64,000 nucleotides of DNA from Lama glama (GCA_028534125.1 CM052816.1:67768001-67832000); one strand, 5' to 3'. Shown: positions 36,520-49,567, counted from the first letter of the stretch. Notes: generated from the sequence alone by a model not told the origin. Made by a program: numbers and translations.

Positions 36520-37200
36520 ATTTATTTTTCTTCTGATTATAAAACAGATAAAAATAAATCAGAATACAAAATAGCATGTACAGTATCCCAGCCTATTTCA
36601 AAATGGGCTTTTACATATGGAAATTTACAGAGGAAAAGAAAGCCTAACTGTTAACACCAAAATGTTGACAGTGGTTATCTCTATAATGTGGACTTGGGTT
36701 GACTATTGCTTTACCTTTATGACCTTTAGTCTTATCTGAATATTTTTTCTTATGAAGGGCATGTATGACTCTTATAATCCAAAAAATGAAAATACATGCC
36801 CACTGTAGAAAACTTGGAAAAATCCAAAGAAGTATAAGGAAGAAAATAACAATCATCCCATTCCTGACACTCAGTTAAAAATGCTAACATTTTGGCAGAT
36901 TTACTTCCAGTTATCTCTATACATATGCATATTATGTGATCATAAATTATTTTTTACAACTTGGGGGACTCCATTTCCTTTCTTTCCCTTTTTTTGGGTT
37001 AATATATGCATTTTATGATATTAAATACACTTCTCAGGCATTATTTAAATGGCTACATCATAGATCATATATACAATTTACTTTACTGTCATGCTTTTTC
37101 TATGCTTTTGTAGCGATTACCAGTGATATATTAAATGAATTTTGGTCCATATTTCAGAATATTTTCTAGATTCCTAGAATTACTGGGTTAAAGCGAATGA
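36520..37200. mobile_element. Ancient L1ME-like fragments (both orientations)
   Basis: 'aacaccaaaatgttgacagtggttatctct' (sense 3' UTR) followed by antisense 'aatacatgcccactgtagaaaacttggaaaaatcc...aacattttgg'. Confidence 0.5.
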
Positions 37201-37204
37201 TCCT

Positions 37205-37655
37205 AATTCAGTTATCTGTTAATTATATAATAAACTGATCTAAAACTGACAATTTATTTTCTACAGTTCTAGGAATTAAATGGTCTGAACTTGGCAGTTT
37301 TTTCTGGGGTCTCATACAGTCAAGGGGAGGCTGGGGCTGGAGTCATTAGATGGTCATCGGGCTGGACATTCAGCTGGGCTTCCTCAGGCACATGTGATGC
37401 CTCAGTGCTGTACAGTGAAGTGGCCTGGATTTGCTCCATGGCTCTCAGGGTCCAAAAGGCAGGAAGGGAAGCTGTCAATCCCTTCAAAGCCAGGGCCTGG
37501 CACTGGCACAATGTCACTTCTACCACACTCAATTGTTCAGAGCGGCCACAGACCAGCCTGGCTTCCAGGGATGGAGGACTGGACTCCACCTCCAACACGC
37601 CTACAGGGAGGGGAGGAATCCATGGCCGCCATCTTTGGAGCCAAGTTACCACCAA
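37205..37655 (-). mobile_element. MLT1H-like MaLR LTR
   Basis: 'ggctggggctggagtcat...ggaagctgtcaatcccttcaaagccagggcctggcactggcacaatgtcacttctaccac...ggccgccatctttgg'. Confidence 0.75.
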
Positions 37656-38454
37656 TCACTTTTGAAAATGTATTTTAGTTTGGTACAGTTTTAAACAAAC
37701 TTGTGAAGTGGCTGAATGTTACAAAATTCTACAGAAAGGAATCTGTATCAGAAAGAAATCACACTAATGCCCCTTGAAGGAGAGGGTGAGTGAGGGAAGC
37801 GGGGCTAAGATGGCTCAGAGGGCACTGTGTGGACAGAGTGACAGTCATTGTTGGGTGACTTGCTGTGCCTCAGGCAAACACTGAAACTTCCTGTCCTCTG
37901 AGGTTCAGCTCAGGCTGTCCCTGGCCAGTCCAGGCCTCCAGGGCCAAACGGCAGCCTGGGCAGAGGTGCCGGGGGAGAACGGGTGGGGAATGCTGGCTGG
38001 CCGGGGCCCTGGGGCAGCCCTTCCTGGGGAAGGATTGGAGATAGAGCTGTGAGGAGAAGGAAGCAGGGGCCACAGGACAAGATGACTAGCTGAGACAGAG
38101 CTTCAGCTCTGGCCTGAAGATACAATATATCCGCAGTGCTTGACTGTGCCAGGCATTTGTCTGCCTGTGTTGTCTTTCTGGGAAGGGTTGTCATTTTGCT
38201 TGGTGTGAACCCTCTACCCAGCAACTGAAATCTAACGTTCTGCCCTAGTGGAAGCTCCGCCACATGGTATTGTGAGGTTCTCAAATACTTCAGGAACAGG
38301 AAGAACAAGGACTCATCCTTCACCTGCCTCAGTTGCTCCTCTGCCCGCCTCATGTCACTCTTGAGCTTCCCTCCTCCCCCACCCACCCCTGCCCTTCACC
38401 GGAAGCAATCCCTTCATCCTCTGCTGTCGCAGACCTCCACGGAAGCAGGTGGGG

Positions 38455-38705
38455 GACCATAAAGGTTAGGAGCGTGGCTTCTGGGGTTCACTGCTCAGGT
38501 TCAGAGTCTGGCTCCATGACTTATGAGCTGGGACTTTGATACTTGTGCAGCTTCTCCGCACTGGGGCTCCCTCATCTGTGAAAAGGGGATTTAAAGTTAA
38601 TTTCTTCTCATTTGGTTGTAGTGAGGGAGGAATGAGTTAACTCCTTCCTGTAGGTTCTCAGAACTTTGTATGGTACACAAAACACACAAAGCATTAGTTA
38701 TTGTA
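38455..38705 (+). mobile_element. MIR SINE
   Basis: 'aaggttaggagcgtggcttctgggg...ggttcagagtctggctccatgacttat...ctcatctgtgaaaagggg'. Confidence 0.75.
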
Positions 38706-38741
38706 ACTTTGTACCACTTTTTTTTTTCAAATTCTTCTAAT

Positions 38742-39050
38742 TTTTAATTGAGTTTTAACTTTTATTCTTTAGAGCAGTTTTAGGTTCACAGCAAGATTGG
38801 GCGGGAGGTACAAAAATTTCTTTTACATCCCCTGCCCCCAAATACACACAGTCTCCCTCCTTCATTGTTACCACCTCCCATCAGAGTGTTGTACATTTGT
38901 TACTATCGAAGAACCTACAAGTGATAATAGCCCAGAGTCCATAGTTTATGTTAGGGTTCAAGCCTGGAGTTGTACATTCTGTGGGTTTTACCAGATGTAT
39001 AATATAGTATCTGACAGCTTAGTTTCACTGTCTTAAAATCCTTTGTGCTC
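38742..39050 (-). mobile_element. L1MC1-like 3' end
   Basis: 'tttagagcagttttaggttcacagcaagattg...gtacatttgttactatcgaagaacctac...agtccatagtttatgttagggttca'. Confidence 0.8.
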
Positions 39051-39514
39051 CATTTGTATCACTTTTAATCGCAGCTTGCCTCAAATAGTAGATTTTAGGA
39101 CATTGCTTAGGTATGCTTTGTTTCCTCTTCCAAACTAACCAAAACTGAGTTGGTTTACTTGACTTGTACAATTTTACTTGCCCAGGTATACAGAATAATT
39201 GGGTAATGGGCAGATGGACGAATGACACCTGAGGATAGGTTGAAAGGACTCAAATTGACATTAGATACGTGTTTTCTTTTACATACTTCAGTATGTTTCA
39301 TGTTTTCTATGAACATCCTGTATTTTAGTCAGAAATAAACAGCACCAAAGGTGGGTTTTGTGCATCTGTGTGTGTATGTGGCTTAAAAACAAACATACAA
39401 CTTGTTCTCTGTTCCTTCCCCTTCTCTACTCACTGATTTTTAGCCCTGGCTCATCTTTTGGAAGTAAGCGCCATGTTATCTGTGGTGGGAGGCACTGAGT
39501 TTTCCCGTTAGTGT

Positions 39515-39755
39515 TCACTTGGGTCATAAAGGGCACAGACTCTGGAGCCAGATGCGTGGGTCCAAATCCTGGTTTGGACCTTCCTTGCTGTGTGAACTTG
39601 AGCAAGTTACTTACTCCTCTGTGCTTGCCTTGCTTCATTTGTGAAGTGGGTCTGATAACGATAACATACTCAAATTTGTGAGGATTCCCTGAGTTAATGC
39701 ACATAAAGTGCTTAGACAATGACTGGCACGTATTACATACTCTTAAGTGTTAGCT
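39515..39755 (+). mobile_element. MIR SINE
   Basis: 'cagactctggagccaga...tgtgtgaacttgagcaagttacttactcctctgtgc...aaagtgcttagacaat'. Confidence 0.9.
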
Positions 39756-40489
39756 CATGTTTCTGTCATGCATGAAAGCTTTGTAGGACACCCAGGACCA
39801 GCCTAGAAGTTTCTGTTCCAATTCAGCACTGTTGAGGGCCTGCGTATGCCCTGCCTTTTGTACTGCCACACCCACACACTGGCCTGAAGTACAACTCTGA
39901 CAAAAGGAGCTACATTTCAATCTTAGTACAAGCCTAACTGTAGGCTTCTGCCACCTTTTGAACAAAAGCTCTCTTGTAGTATAATAAACATGTCAAGAAA
40001 ATAATTAAAAACTTAGATTGGTTGCATGCTAAATTGTTAGGGGGGAGCCTGCTTGCTCCCTGGATCCTGCTTTTTCACCCTGTAATTGCAACAGCAAAAT
40101 GTAACAAGTAAGATTGGAATGCGAATTGAGCCACTGCTGAGAGTGTCTTGTTGGAGGTGGTCCAGGCAGGTCTTGTCACCCCACATCCCCTAGCATCTTG
40201 GCAAAAGGAATGAGAATGTATAGGAGGATATCACCCTCCCAGCCAAGGCACTCATCTCTAGACCCTTTATCATTAGAGAAATGTTCAATGTTGTGACTTC
40301 TTCCAATCAAAGTCAAAGCTGAAGTTAAGTCCAAATCCAAACCTCTTGGGTTATTATTATACTTTTGTTAGCCTGAGGTTCCCTGAAGGTTCCTACACTG
40401 AGCAAGGTTTGATTTGGTCAGTGTAAAAGTCTCAGCAGAATTATCCTATTTGCAAGAACTGGATGATGTGTCTTACACGAAGGAGACTT

Positions 40490-40605
40490 CATTCTCAAAC
40501 ATTTTTGAGCAGATACTGGGCTCCAGGCACTGAGGTAAGTGCTGAGGGTATAGTGGTCAACAGGTCAGTGAAATTTCTCTCCTCATGGAAGTTCCAGTCT
40601 GGTCA
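40490..40605 (-). mobile_element. L2 3' end remnant
   Basis: 'aaacatttttgagcagatactgggctccaggcactgaggtaagtgctgagggtatagtgg'. Confidence 0.65.
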
Positions 40606-40687
40606 AGAGTCAAAAGCTGACTTGTGAATCAGCAATGTCCTATGCCTCAACACAAGAGAGGAAACAAAAGCCCCGCACTTAAAATAA

Positions 40688-40830
40688 TTTTTTTTATTTT
40701 ATTATTAACTTTTAGAGGGTAGGTAATTAGGGCTTTTAGCTAATTAATTTTAATGGAGGTACTGGGGATTGAACACAGGAGCTTGTGCATGCTAAACACA
40801 CACTCTACCACTGAACTATACCCTCCCCCC
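40688..40830 (-). mobile_element. tRNA-Ala-derived camelid SINE
   Basis: 'ggaggtactggggattgaacacaggagcttgtgcatgctaaacacacactctaccactgaactataccctcccc'. Confidence 0.85.
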
Positions 40831-41019
40831 ACCCCCCACCTTTTGTCTTTTTGTAAAGATCCAGGATTTTTTCCTGTGATTCCAGGTCAAATCTCAACTA
40901 GGAATGTCTAATAAACTTTCTTATCCCTCCCCTTCTCTTGACTACTCCTCTTTCCAGATCCTCCTTTGCCATGCTGGCTTCCCATTCAAAATGTGGGGAT
41001 GGTGCTTTTGATTGGTGGA

Positions 41020-41531
41020 TGTATTAATACGGATGCTCCAGAGAAACAGAAAAAAAAATATATATATATAAAATCTCTGATACATATATTGTTTATTATA
41101 AGGAATTGGCTCACGTGGTTATGAAGGCTGAGAAGTCCTAGGAGCTGCAGTTGGCAAGCCTGGAGACCCAGAAGGCTGATGGTATAGTTTCAGTCTGAGT
41201 CCAAAATCCTAAGAACCAGGGAAGTGAGTGGTGTAAGTTCCAGTCTGAGTTTGAAGGCAGGAAAAGAGCAGTGCTCAGCTTGAGGAAGGTCAGGCAGAAA
41301 GAATGAATTCTCTCTTACCTGCCTTCTTGCTCTATTCAGGCCTTTCATAGATTAGACAAGACACACCCAAATTGGGAAAAACAATCTGCTTTGCTCAGTC
41401 TTCTGACTCAAATGTTAATCTTATTCAGAAACACACTCCCAGACACTCACAGACATACCCAGAGCGTTGTTTAACCAAATACCTGGGCACCCCATGGTCC
41501 TGGAAGTTGACACGTCAAATTAACTATCACA
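41020..41531 (-). mobile_element. MLT2B-type ERVL solo LTR, full length
   Basis: Minus strand starts tgtgatagttaatttgacgtgtcaac and ends ...taataca; perfect 5-bp TSD GTGGA at 41015-41019 and 41532-41536. Confidence 0.9.
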
Positions 41532-43944
41532 GTGGAGCTTAGCTGCAAAGGAGGCTGGGAACATAAGTGTCAAGGAAGGTCAGATCCTGGGTTAATAAGG
41601 AGAGTGACAAAAGTTTCCTTCAGGCTGGAACCCAGTTTTCCTGATCCTAAGTCTAGTACTTTCTTCACTACATCATGGTTACCACATTTTATCCCCGTTT
41701 ACTTTACAAAATAAAAAAAAGCTGGTGGGGTGAGAGAACACTGAGAATTCCATTCTTCAGAGTGTATTTAATTATTTCTACACTGGAGCAGATGCCATGG
41801 ACTGATGTTTTTTCATGGGAATTCAAGCTCCATTCTCTTTGGCAGAAAGTCCTAACTATTTTTGGAAGTTGGAAAAAAATTCAGAGAATCTGGTTCACTT
41901 TTGGTCATGTACAGTAATGTTATTTTTATGTATCTAGGACAGTGACATGGTCAATGCTTATTTTTAATTGGCTTTCTGGGGACGCAAGGATGGGCTGAGA
42001 GGTCGGGAACAAGGCAAGAGAGTTGCAATTGGCTGGGATCCTGTCCTGATGGAATCCTCACTCGTGAGCAGAAGCCCTCTCCTAAGAGATTGCTTCCCTT
42101 CAGAGCTTCCAGGCTTCCTTCTGGTCTTCTTATTTCCTTTTGATTCCAGCTAGAATGTTCTCTAAGATTTGGGGCAAAGTGCTTTAGTCCAAGAATCAGG
42201 ATTCTAGTGTTTGAGTTGTAGTTCCGTCATTTAATTGCTGTGGGTGTTAAGTGAGTTATTTACTCAGGGTCTCAGTTTCTTCATCTCTGAAACCAAACCA
42301 TTGGATTAGATAATCCATAATCAGGGTGTTCTGGCTATGAATCAGAATATCCAAGTATAAAAATGACTTTAAAAATAAGGGACATATTATGTCAAGTTCA
42401 AAATTCTGGACTTAGGGTTATTTCATGGATTGGCTCAACTCTCAGTGAGTTATCCAAAGATGTTGGCACTTTGTCTTTTGCACGCTCATCTTCAGCATGA
42501 GGTCTCTTCTGATTGCTCTAGGTGACTGCCATGGTTCCAGGTGTCAAAAGTCCATCAGATCAAAGAAGAGAAGTCCAGATTACTTCCTTGGGAGACTTTT
42601 CATTAGGGAAGAAATCTTTTCTAGGAGACGCCAGCAGGCTTCTGCTTAGGTTCCATGCCATAGTTTCAAAGGAAGATGGGAAAAAGCCCTGCAAAATACT
42701 TTCCATTCCCAATACTCTGTGACTCTTTGGTTCTTTGACAATTGTCTTCAGTGAATACAAGGATCAGGCTTTGGTGCTGTTGCTTGAGTGTTGGGTCTTG
42801 CGAGTCTCTGGAAAGATGAAGAACAGTGGCCTCTGCCTATGAAAGGTACATGGAGTGAGCCTGGGCAGTACCCTTCCGAACATTTTTCATGGGGGAAATA
42901 ATGAGTTGTCTGTTTAGAGGAGTAATTTCTCTTTAAATACAGAAATATCATATAAATATACCTAATATATGCTTCCTATAAAGTTTGTGTTTTTTGCCTG
43001 ATTTCTTTTTCTGTACTGCATCTTAATCACGTTGGAAGTATCCTACTTATCGCAGTCATAGGTTGAGTTACCTGGCAGCAGACACTGAGCCAGGGATTAA
43101 CACCTGCAGCTCTCTGTGGTATAATTCTTCCTCTGAGACTTGCTGTCAATTCCACGTGGCATCTTTTCCTATTATGCACACTTCCAACACCATAGTTTCT
43201 GTAGATCATATGGCCTAGTGGTAGGGCTAATTTTTCCATAGCTTGGACCTACTGTAGAGCCCTTTTCTGTTCTAGGCCACGCAGAAATCTGGCAGCCTTT
43301 TGTGTCACCCTGTATATGGGCTGGCAAAGAATCCCTAGATGGGGGAGATGCTGTCTCCAGACCTCAAAAGGCTCACCAGGGGATGTGCTCCCTTCCTAAT
43401 GATACAGCAGGGTCCTTCCTCCAGGGGACTTGTCCACATTTTCAATCTATAGGTTCTGAAAACTGGCTTAGGTCCCAGAACTAGGCAAGGATTGTGACCT
43501 TTTACTGGGATGAGTGCCCTCAGTCTCCCAGTTACTTGCCCTTAACTTTTTCTGCCAGTGCAAATTGAGTAGTACCCTTGTCTGTCATCTATTTTGATGG
43601 CTCTTTGTCATTCAGAGTCTACTTCTAACTCTTCAAGTTCCATAAATCTTCAGTTACATGCCTCTTGATGACTGTAGATGATAAGGTGGTTTGTGAGCAC
43701 AACGAGACAGAGTCTTCTTTTGCAGATTCCCAAAAATAACTGGGGAGAAGTGTATGTTTCAGAAAGGACTATCTATCCGGATACCTGATATTCTGTGGGT
43801 ACAAGTGAAGCAAAAACAGGATTTGTGTGTTATTGATATTACTGTGACTTCTTTTTGTATCCATGGACTGGGAAATTGTAGGAGCATTTGAGCTATGTTA
43901 ATTTAAATCTTTTGGGGGGTTATTTATAATAAATCTTGATACTT

Positions 43945-44150
43945 TGTAGCATTGTGGTTAATTTTGGAATCAAAGAAACATGAGTTTGAATCATAGCTCA
44001 AACACTTAATATTTTCTGGTAAATCATTCACTCTTCCTGAGCCTCTGTTTCTTTGGTAAAATGGGGATAATACCTACCCAAATATTTGGGGAGAAAATAC
44101 GGTAATGTACCTAAAGTACTTAGAACAGTTATCTTCAACAAAAGGCTTGA
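43945..44150 (+). mobile_element. MIR SINE
   Basis: 'ctgagcctctgtttctttggtaaaatggggataatacctacc...aaagtacttagaacagt'. Confidence 0.8.
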
Positions 44151-44171
44151 CAATGACATACACACTATATT

Positions 44172-44278
44172 TTAGGCTTCAATAAGGCAGGGGCCAGGCC
44201 TTATTGATTTTTATATCCCCCACGGTGGCTAGCATAATGTCATGAACACTGTAGGCACTGAATAAATATTTGTTAAGA
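44172..44278 (+). mobile_element. L2 3' end
   Basis: 'aggcaggggccagg...ctagcataatgtcatgaacactgtaggcactgaataaatatttgtt'. Confidence 0.75.
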
Positions 44279-45140
44279 TAATTTAAGATAACCTCAGTAG
44301 TGCTTTGATTTTTCTGTTAGAAATGCCCTGTACAAATTCAAGACATAATGAGAATTATATACTCTTCTTGGGGCATGCTTTTGATTCCCTATCAGTAGAC
44401 TAAGCATTTTGGAAGCTGTTTGACAGGAGTATTGGTTTTTTTCCTTTTTAATTGAGTGAACTATGACTGCTTGCCAACTACCCCTTGTGAACCTGTGAAA
44501 AGCAGGATGCAAGATGGCAGCCTGGGGATGGAGCAAATGGAGAGAAAACACTGTTACCAGACATGCAGCTGCAATGTGGCCTCATTATCACAATGCCCTA
44601 ATTAAGGGCTGATTAGTTATTATTGATAATTCAAGTATCCATAATGAGCTAAGCTCCTGGGTGAGAGATGGAGGTCCAAGGATGAAGGTAGAAATAAGTG
44701 ACTGGATAAACCATCACAGTTCCAACAAAACATTTCACCGAGTGTGAATGTTCTCTGCACTGCCGAAAGCTTCTTAATTTCATTTCTACCTTTAATTGAA
44801 TGAAGCCTTGAGAACACTGAGGCTTCGGCTTGGTTCTGTCAGAGTATATTTAGTACCACAAATCAAAATCTAACAGAAGCTTTTCTTACAGAACAAAGAT
44901 AGGAGAAACAAGGCAACTGGGTTCACAGATCAATTCAGAGTAGCCCGTTTTAAAAATAAGTACTAAATTATAGAGCACTTTCTATAGTACAAATATAGAT
45001 CCAACAATCAAATTGAAAGAAGTTAAGAGTTCTGCTTCCCAGGCCTTAAGTAAAGGTGTTATCTGCAGGCTGGTAGGTAAGGTAAAATAAACTAGTGAAT
45101 CAATACTCAATATTTATTTTTTTAAGTACATATTTAGGAC

Positions 45141-45260
45141 TTTAGAATAGCTATAAATAGAGTATAACCTTTAAAAATTAGGAATCACTGTATTGTACAT
45201 CTGTAACTTATATAACATTGTACATCAACTAAACTTAAAAATAATAAGTTGAAAATTTTT
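45141..45260 (+). mobile_element. Short L1 3' tail
   Basis: 'gtataacctttaaaaattaggaatcactgtattgtacatctgtaacttatataacattgtacatcaacta'. Confidence 0.75.
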
Positions 45261-45330
45261 TAACCACATTGGCTAAAACCACAGAGTAAGAAATCCTTTT
45301 ATTATATTTTTAAAGTGCATATTTAGAACA

Positions 45331-45455
45331 TTTTTTTTGGTGGGGGGAGATAATTAGATTTAGTTATTTATTTTGATGGCAGTCCTGGGGATTGAACCTA
45401 GGACCTCGTGCATGCTAAGCATACATTCTACCACTGAGCTATACCTTCCCTCCCC
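45331..45455 (-). mobile_element. tRNA-Ala-derived camelid SINE
   Basis: 'cctggggattgaacctaggacctcgtgcatgctaagcatacattctaccactgagctataccttccc'. Confidence 0.9.
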
Positions 45456-46729
45456 TCACAGTGCCTCTTAAGTGTTTTCTGTGCACAACACAAAAGACCT
45501 TGTGTACCCTTTCCCTCAGTTGCTCCTTCTTGCTACCCAAACAGCAACAAAGATCTCAAGAATCAATGGAAAGAGACATGCCATTTCTGAATAATAAGAA
45601 TAAAGAGTTTTTAAAATACAGCATTGCAAAAGAAGTGATTCAGACTGAAAATAAAAAGTGCAAAGTTATACTATAAACGTAGATTCTTGGATACAATCCA
45701 TAAGATGTTTGTCCACATTCTGTGGCCCAATTTGGGGACGTGTGGAAGTGAGGAGTTACTTAGCTCCTCTCTTGAAACTTCATTATAAATATGGGACTGG
45801 AACATGGTGGTGTTTATTGAAAGGGATCTAGAAGGATGCTGAACAAAAAAGTCCCCTATCTTAAATCTTTAGTGCCTTTAGATTCTGAGAAATATGCACT
45901 ATGTGAGTCCAGAAGAGTCAGCCATTTGGCCTTTGGCAAGCAAACTGTCTCTGAATTGCACTTTATTGAGGGATGTCTCTTTGAAATAGTGACTTTATCA
46001 GTCAAAGTTGTAATTTAAGACTGCAAATGGGATTGAAATATATTGGACTTTCCGTTTTCTGACTTGACACTCAATATTTCTCAACCCTCCCTCCTTAGAA
46101 TCACCCAGCATATGAGCTCTCCGACATTGGCACAGCAAATGGATAGGTAATTCTTGAATCAGTGTGACCTCCTTTTGAGCTATTGATATTTTGCATGTAG
46201 ATAGAGCCCTTCTACTCGCTGATGAAGTATCAAGCTCAGAAAGGAAGAACCTAGCTTTGTGGAGGGAGGTAAGTCATTTGGAAGGGAATTCAGTTGCCTT
46301 AGAAACAAAAATATGCTGATACTATCCAAACCCCAGCTTTTTATTTTCAGGCCTGCGTTACAACCAGCCATTCTACCAAAAGAAACCTCAGCACACCCCT
46401 AGATTTTAGCCCTCCTGATGTAACTACCCTGAGTGGCTAAACAGAACTGAGTGATTCCATAGAGGCATTAGTGAACTTCCACTTAAATATTGCAGATTCT
46501 CTGCCAAATATCACAATTTTTTTCTTGACAGCAAATAGGTAGCAGGCCCATATGTTTCTAATGCCTGCTGCAAATGAGCATGAATACAGACAGAAGGAGA
46601 ATGCTTACTGTAAGAAAGGGGTGTGCTTCCAACCTACTGTTGTTCTATCAAGCGCTGCATTGGAGCAGCCCTGTTTGATGCCATTTGTGGTTGAGATTAG
46701 CAATTACAATGAAAATCAGCAATTGAGCA

Positions 46730-47030
46730 TCATGGTGAACAGGATTCTGGCGTCAAATTGCTACTTTCTTTGTGGCTTTGGACACGTTTATTTAATTTTC
46801 AGAATCTGTTTTTTTAATTGAGGTACAGCTGGTGTACAATATTATATAAGTTTCAGGTGTATAACAGTGGTTTGAGTCTGTGTTTTCTTAACTGTGGGTT
46901 GATAATGGTAATACCTTCCACAGGGTTGTTGTAAGGATTTAATGAGAGAACCCATGTGAAGCATGTAGAACAGGGCTTGGCACAGAGTTAGGGCACCATA
47001 AAGGTTAGCTGTATGTATGTGTTATTATAA
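46730..47030 (+). mobile_element. MIR with a short antisense L1 tail inserted at about 46808-46872
   Basis: MIR 3' half 'ataccttccacagggttgttgtaaggattt...gtagaacagggcttggcacagag'; insert 'ttttttaattgaggtacagctggtgtacaatattatataagtttcaggtgta'. Confidence 0.7.
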
Positions 47031-47984
47031 TATTCTGTTTTGAAGGGCAGGGTACAGAGTCCAAAGAATCATTGATCTAGGATGTGTATCAAAATTTTCA
47101 GTTTGGACTAAAGACAATTCATGCCTCTGAAATCACAGGCTGATGAAAGGTTAACAAGTGCTACATGTAGACTTGTGTTATTTAAAACTTTGCTGGATTT
47201 AAAAAAACAAGCTTAGCAGTGGGATAATTATGCCTGAAATCTGCTTACTCTTAATCAACTACACTCATTTAGAGGCCTTACCATTTGTTTGATTCTGAAG
47301 AGGAGTCTAGTGGGCTGGTGGTTAACTGGGGGATTTAGAGGATTTCTCTCTTTTTGGCAATGGGGTGGATCACATTTGTGCCAACTCTGGGAGCATTATA
47401 TCTCTTGAAGTTTTAATTCAGTTAACTAGATTGGCATCTTGGGACCCATCAGACAGAACAATTTCTAAACAATTCTGGCAGAAAAGATTTCTCTTCTCCT
47501 GGGGCTTTTTCAATTTTAGGCAATTAATCAGTCATTTTATGATAGGTGAAATTATTAGCTCCCAACCTAGGATTATCCTGGAATTTACAAAATAAAAAGA
47601 GACTGTTTAAGGACTGTATAATTAGGTGAAGTAACTTGCCGTCAGTGGAAATTTGTGCTATAGTAATTCCTATTTCACAGCTCATTTGGGAAAGAGGGAT
47701 TCGTATGTCCTAAACTATGCATTTATTATGGACTTTGACAGCTGAGTCAGAATTTCCAGTTCAGGAGTTTTAAAGAAGATGTAGTCTTTGTGAAATATCT
47801 TCAATAATGGTTAGGGTTTAATTGTTGGTAACTCTGCTTTATAGTAATCTATCAAACAAATAATAAGATGATGAATTTTTCATTTAAGAATAATCAAGGC
47901 TGGCTTCAGTCGTTTTTTATCTAGAAGCACACAATGAAGAAAACTTTCAGATGAAAATATATGTAGAATGTGATCATTCTTTCG

Positions 47985-48138
47985 ATCTTGCTACTCAAAG
48001 TGTGTCTGGACCATCAGCACTGGCATCCCCTGGGAACTTGTTAGAAATGGAGAATCACCCCAGACCAACTGAATCAAAACTTGCATTTTAATAAAAAATC
48101 TCAGTAATTTGTATGCACACTAAACTTGAGAAGCACTG
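47985..48138. mobile_element. MER5A MITE
   Basis: 'tgctactcaaagtgtg...ggcatcccctgggaacttgttagaaatggagaatc...ttgagaagcactg'. Confidence 0.85.
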
Positions 48139-48149
48139 TTTTATGAATT

Positions 48150-48358
48150 AATTTGTTTTTTTAAATTGAAGTATAGTCAGTTATAATGTATCAATTTCTG
48201 GTGTACAGCATATGTCCCAGTCATACATATATATACATATATTCATTTTCATATTCTTTTTCATTAAAGGTTATTACAAGATACTGAACATAATTTCCTG
48301 TGCTATACAGAATAAATTTGTTTTTTTAAACATAGTGGCTATCATTTGCAAATCTCAG
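48150..48358 (-). mobile_element. Short L1 3' tail (same type as 31143-31592)
   Basis: 'ttgaagtatagtcagttataatgtatcaatttctggtgtacagcat...ctgtgctatacag'. Confidence 0.85.
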
Positions 48359-48371
48359 AGAGAAACATTGT

Positions 48372-49567
48372 CTTTTTTTCTTTCTTTTTTTTAATTGAGT
48401 TATAGTCATTTTACAATGTTGTGTCAAATTCCAGTGTAGAGCACAGTTTTTCAGTTATACATGAACATACATATATTCATTGTCACATTTTTTTTCACTG
48501 TGAGCTACCACAAGATCTTGTATATATTTCCCTGTGCTATACAGTCTAATCTTGTTTATCTATTCTGCATTTTGAAATCCCAGTCTGTCCCTTCCCATCC
48601 CGCACCCCCTTGGCAATCACAAGTTTGTATTCTATGACTATGAGTCTGTTTCTGTTTCGTATTTATGTTCTTTTTTTTTTTTTTTTTTAGATTCCACATA
48701 TAAGCAATCTCATATGGTCTTTTCCTCTCTCTTTCTGGCTTACTTCACTTAGAATGACATTCTCCCGGAACATCCATGTTGCTACAAATGGCATTATGTT
48801 GTCAGTTTTTATGGCTGAATAGTATTCCATTGTATAAATATACCACATCTTCTTTATCCAGTCTTCTGTTGATGGACATTTAGGCTGTTTCCATGTCTTG
48901 GCTATTGTAAATACTGCTGCTGTGAACATTGGGGTTCAGGTGTCTTTTTGAAGTAGGGTTCCTTCTGGATATATGCCCAGAAGTGGGATTCCTGGGTCAT
49001 ATGGTAAGTCTATTCCTAGTCTTTTGAGGTATCTCCATACCGTTTTCCACAGTGGCTGCACCAAGCTGCATTCCCACCAGCAGTGTAGGAGGGTTCTCTT
49101 TTCTCCACAGCCTCTCCAGCATTTGTCATTTGTGGACTTTTGAATGATGGCCATTCTGACTGGTGTGAGGTGATACCTCGTTGTAGTTTTGATTTGCATT
49201 TCTCTGATAATTAGTGATATTGAGCCTTTTTTCATGTGCCTGTTGATCATTTGTATTTCTTCCTTGGAGAATTGCTTGTTTAGGTCTTTTGCTCATTTTT
49301 TAATTGGGTTGTTTGTTTTTTTCTTATTGAGTCGTATGAGCTGCTTATATATTCTGGAGATCAAGCCTTTGTTGGTTTCATTTGCAAAAATTTTCTCCCA
49401 CTCTGTAGGTTGTCATTTTGTTTTACTTATGGTTTCCTTTGCTGTGCAGAAGCTTGTAAGTTTAATTAGGTCCCATTTGTTTATTCTTGCTTTTATTTCT
49501 ATTGCTTGGGTAGACTGCCCTAGGAGAACATTTTTGAGATGTATGTAAGATAATGTTTTGCCTATAT
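48372..49567 (-). mobile_element. Young lineage-specific L1, 5'-truncated (ORF2 C-terminus plus 3' UTR)
   Basis: ORFs 48936-49250 '[30 protein letters not shown]' (ORF2 cysteine-rich domain) and 48687-48929 'WKQPKCPS..WYIYTMEYYSAIK'. Confidence 0.95.

Noticed and set aside
37291..37694. Four overlapping ORFs of 87-124 aa
   Set aside because: All lie within an MLT1H-like LTR
37910..38386. 158-aa minus-strand ORF
   Set aside because: Non-ATG start, no recognisable domain, GC-rich chance ORF
48687..49548. Protein-coding gene
   Set aside because: Frameshifted L1 ORF2 fragment and its antisense ORF
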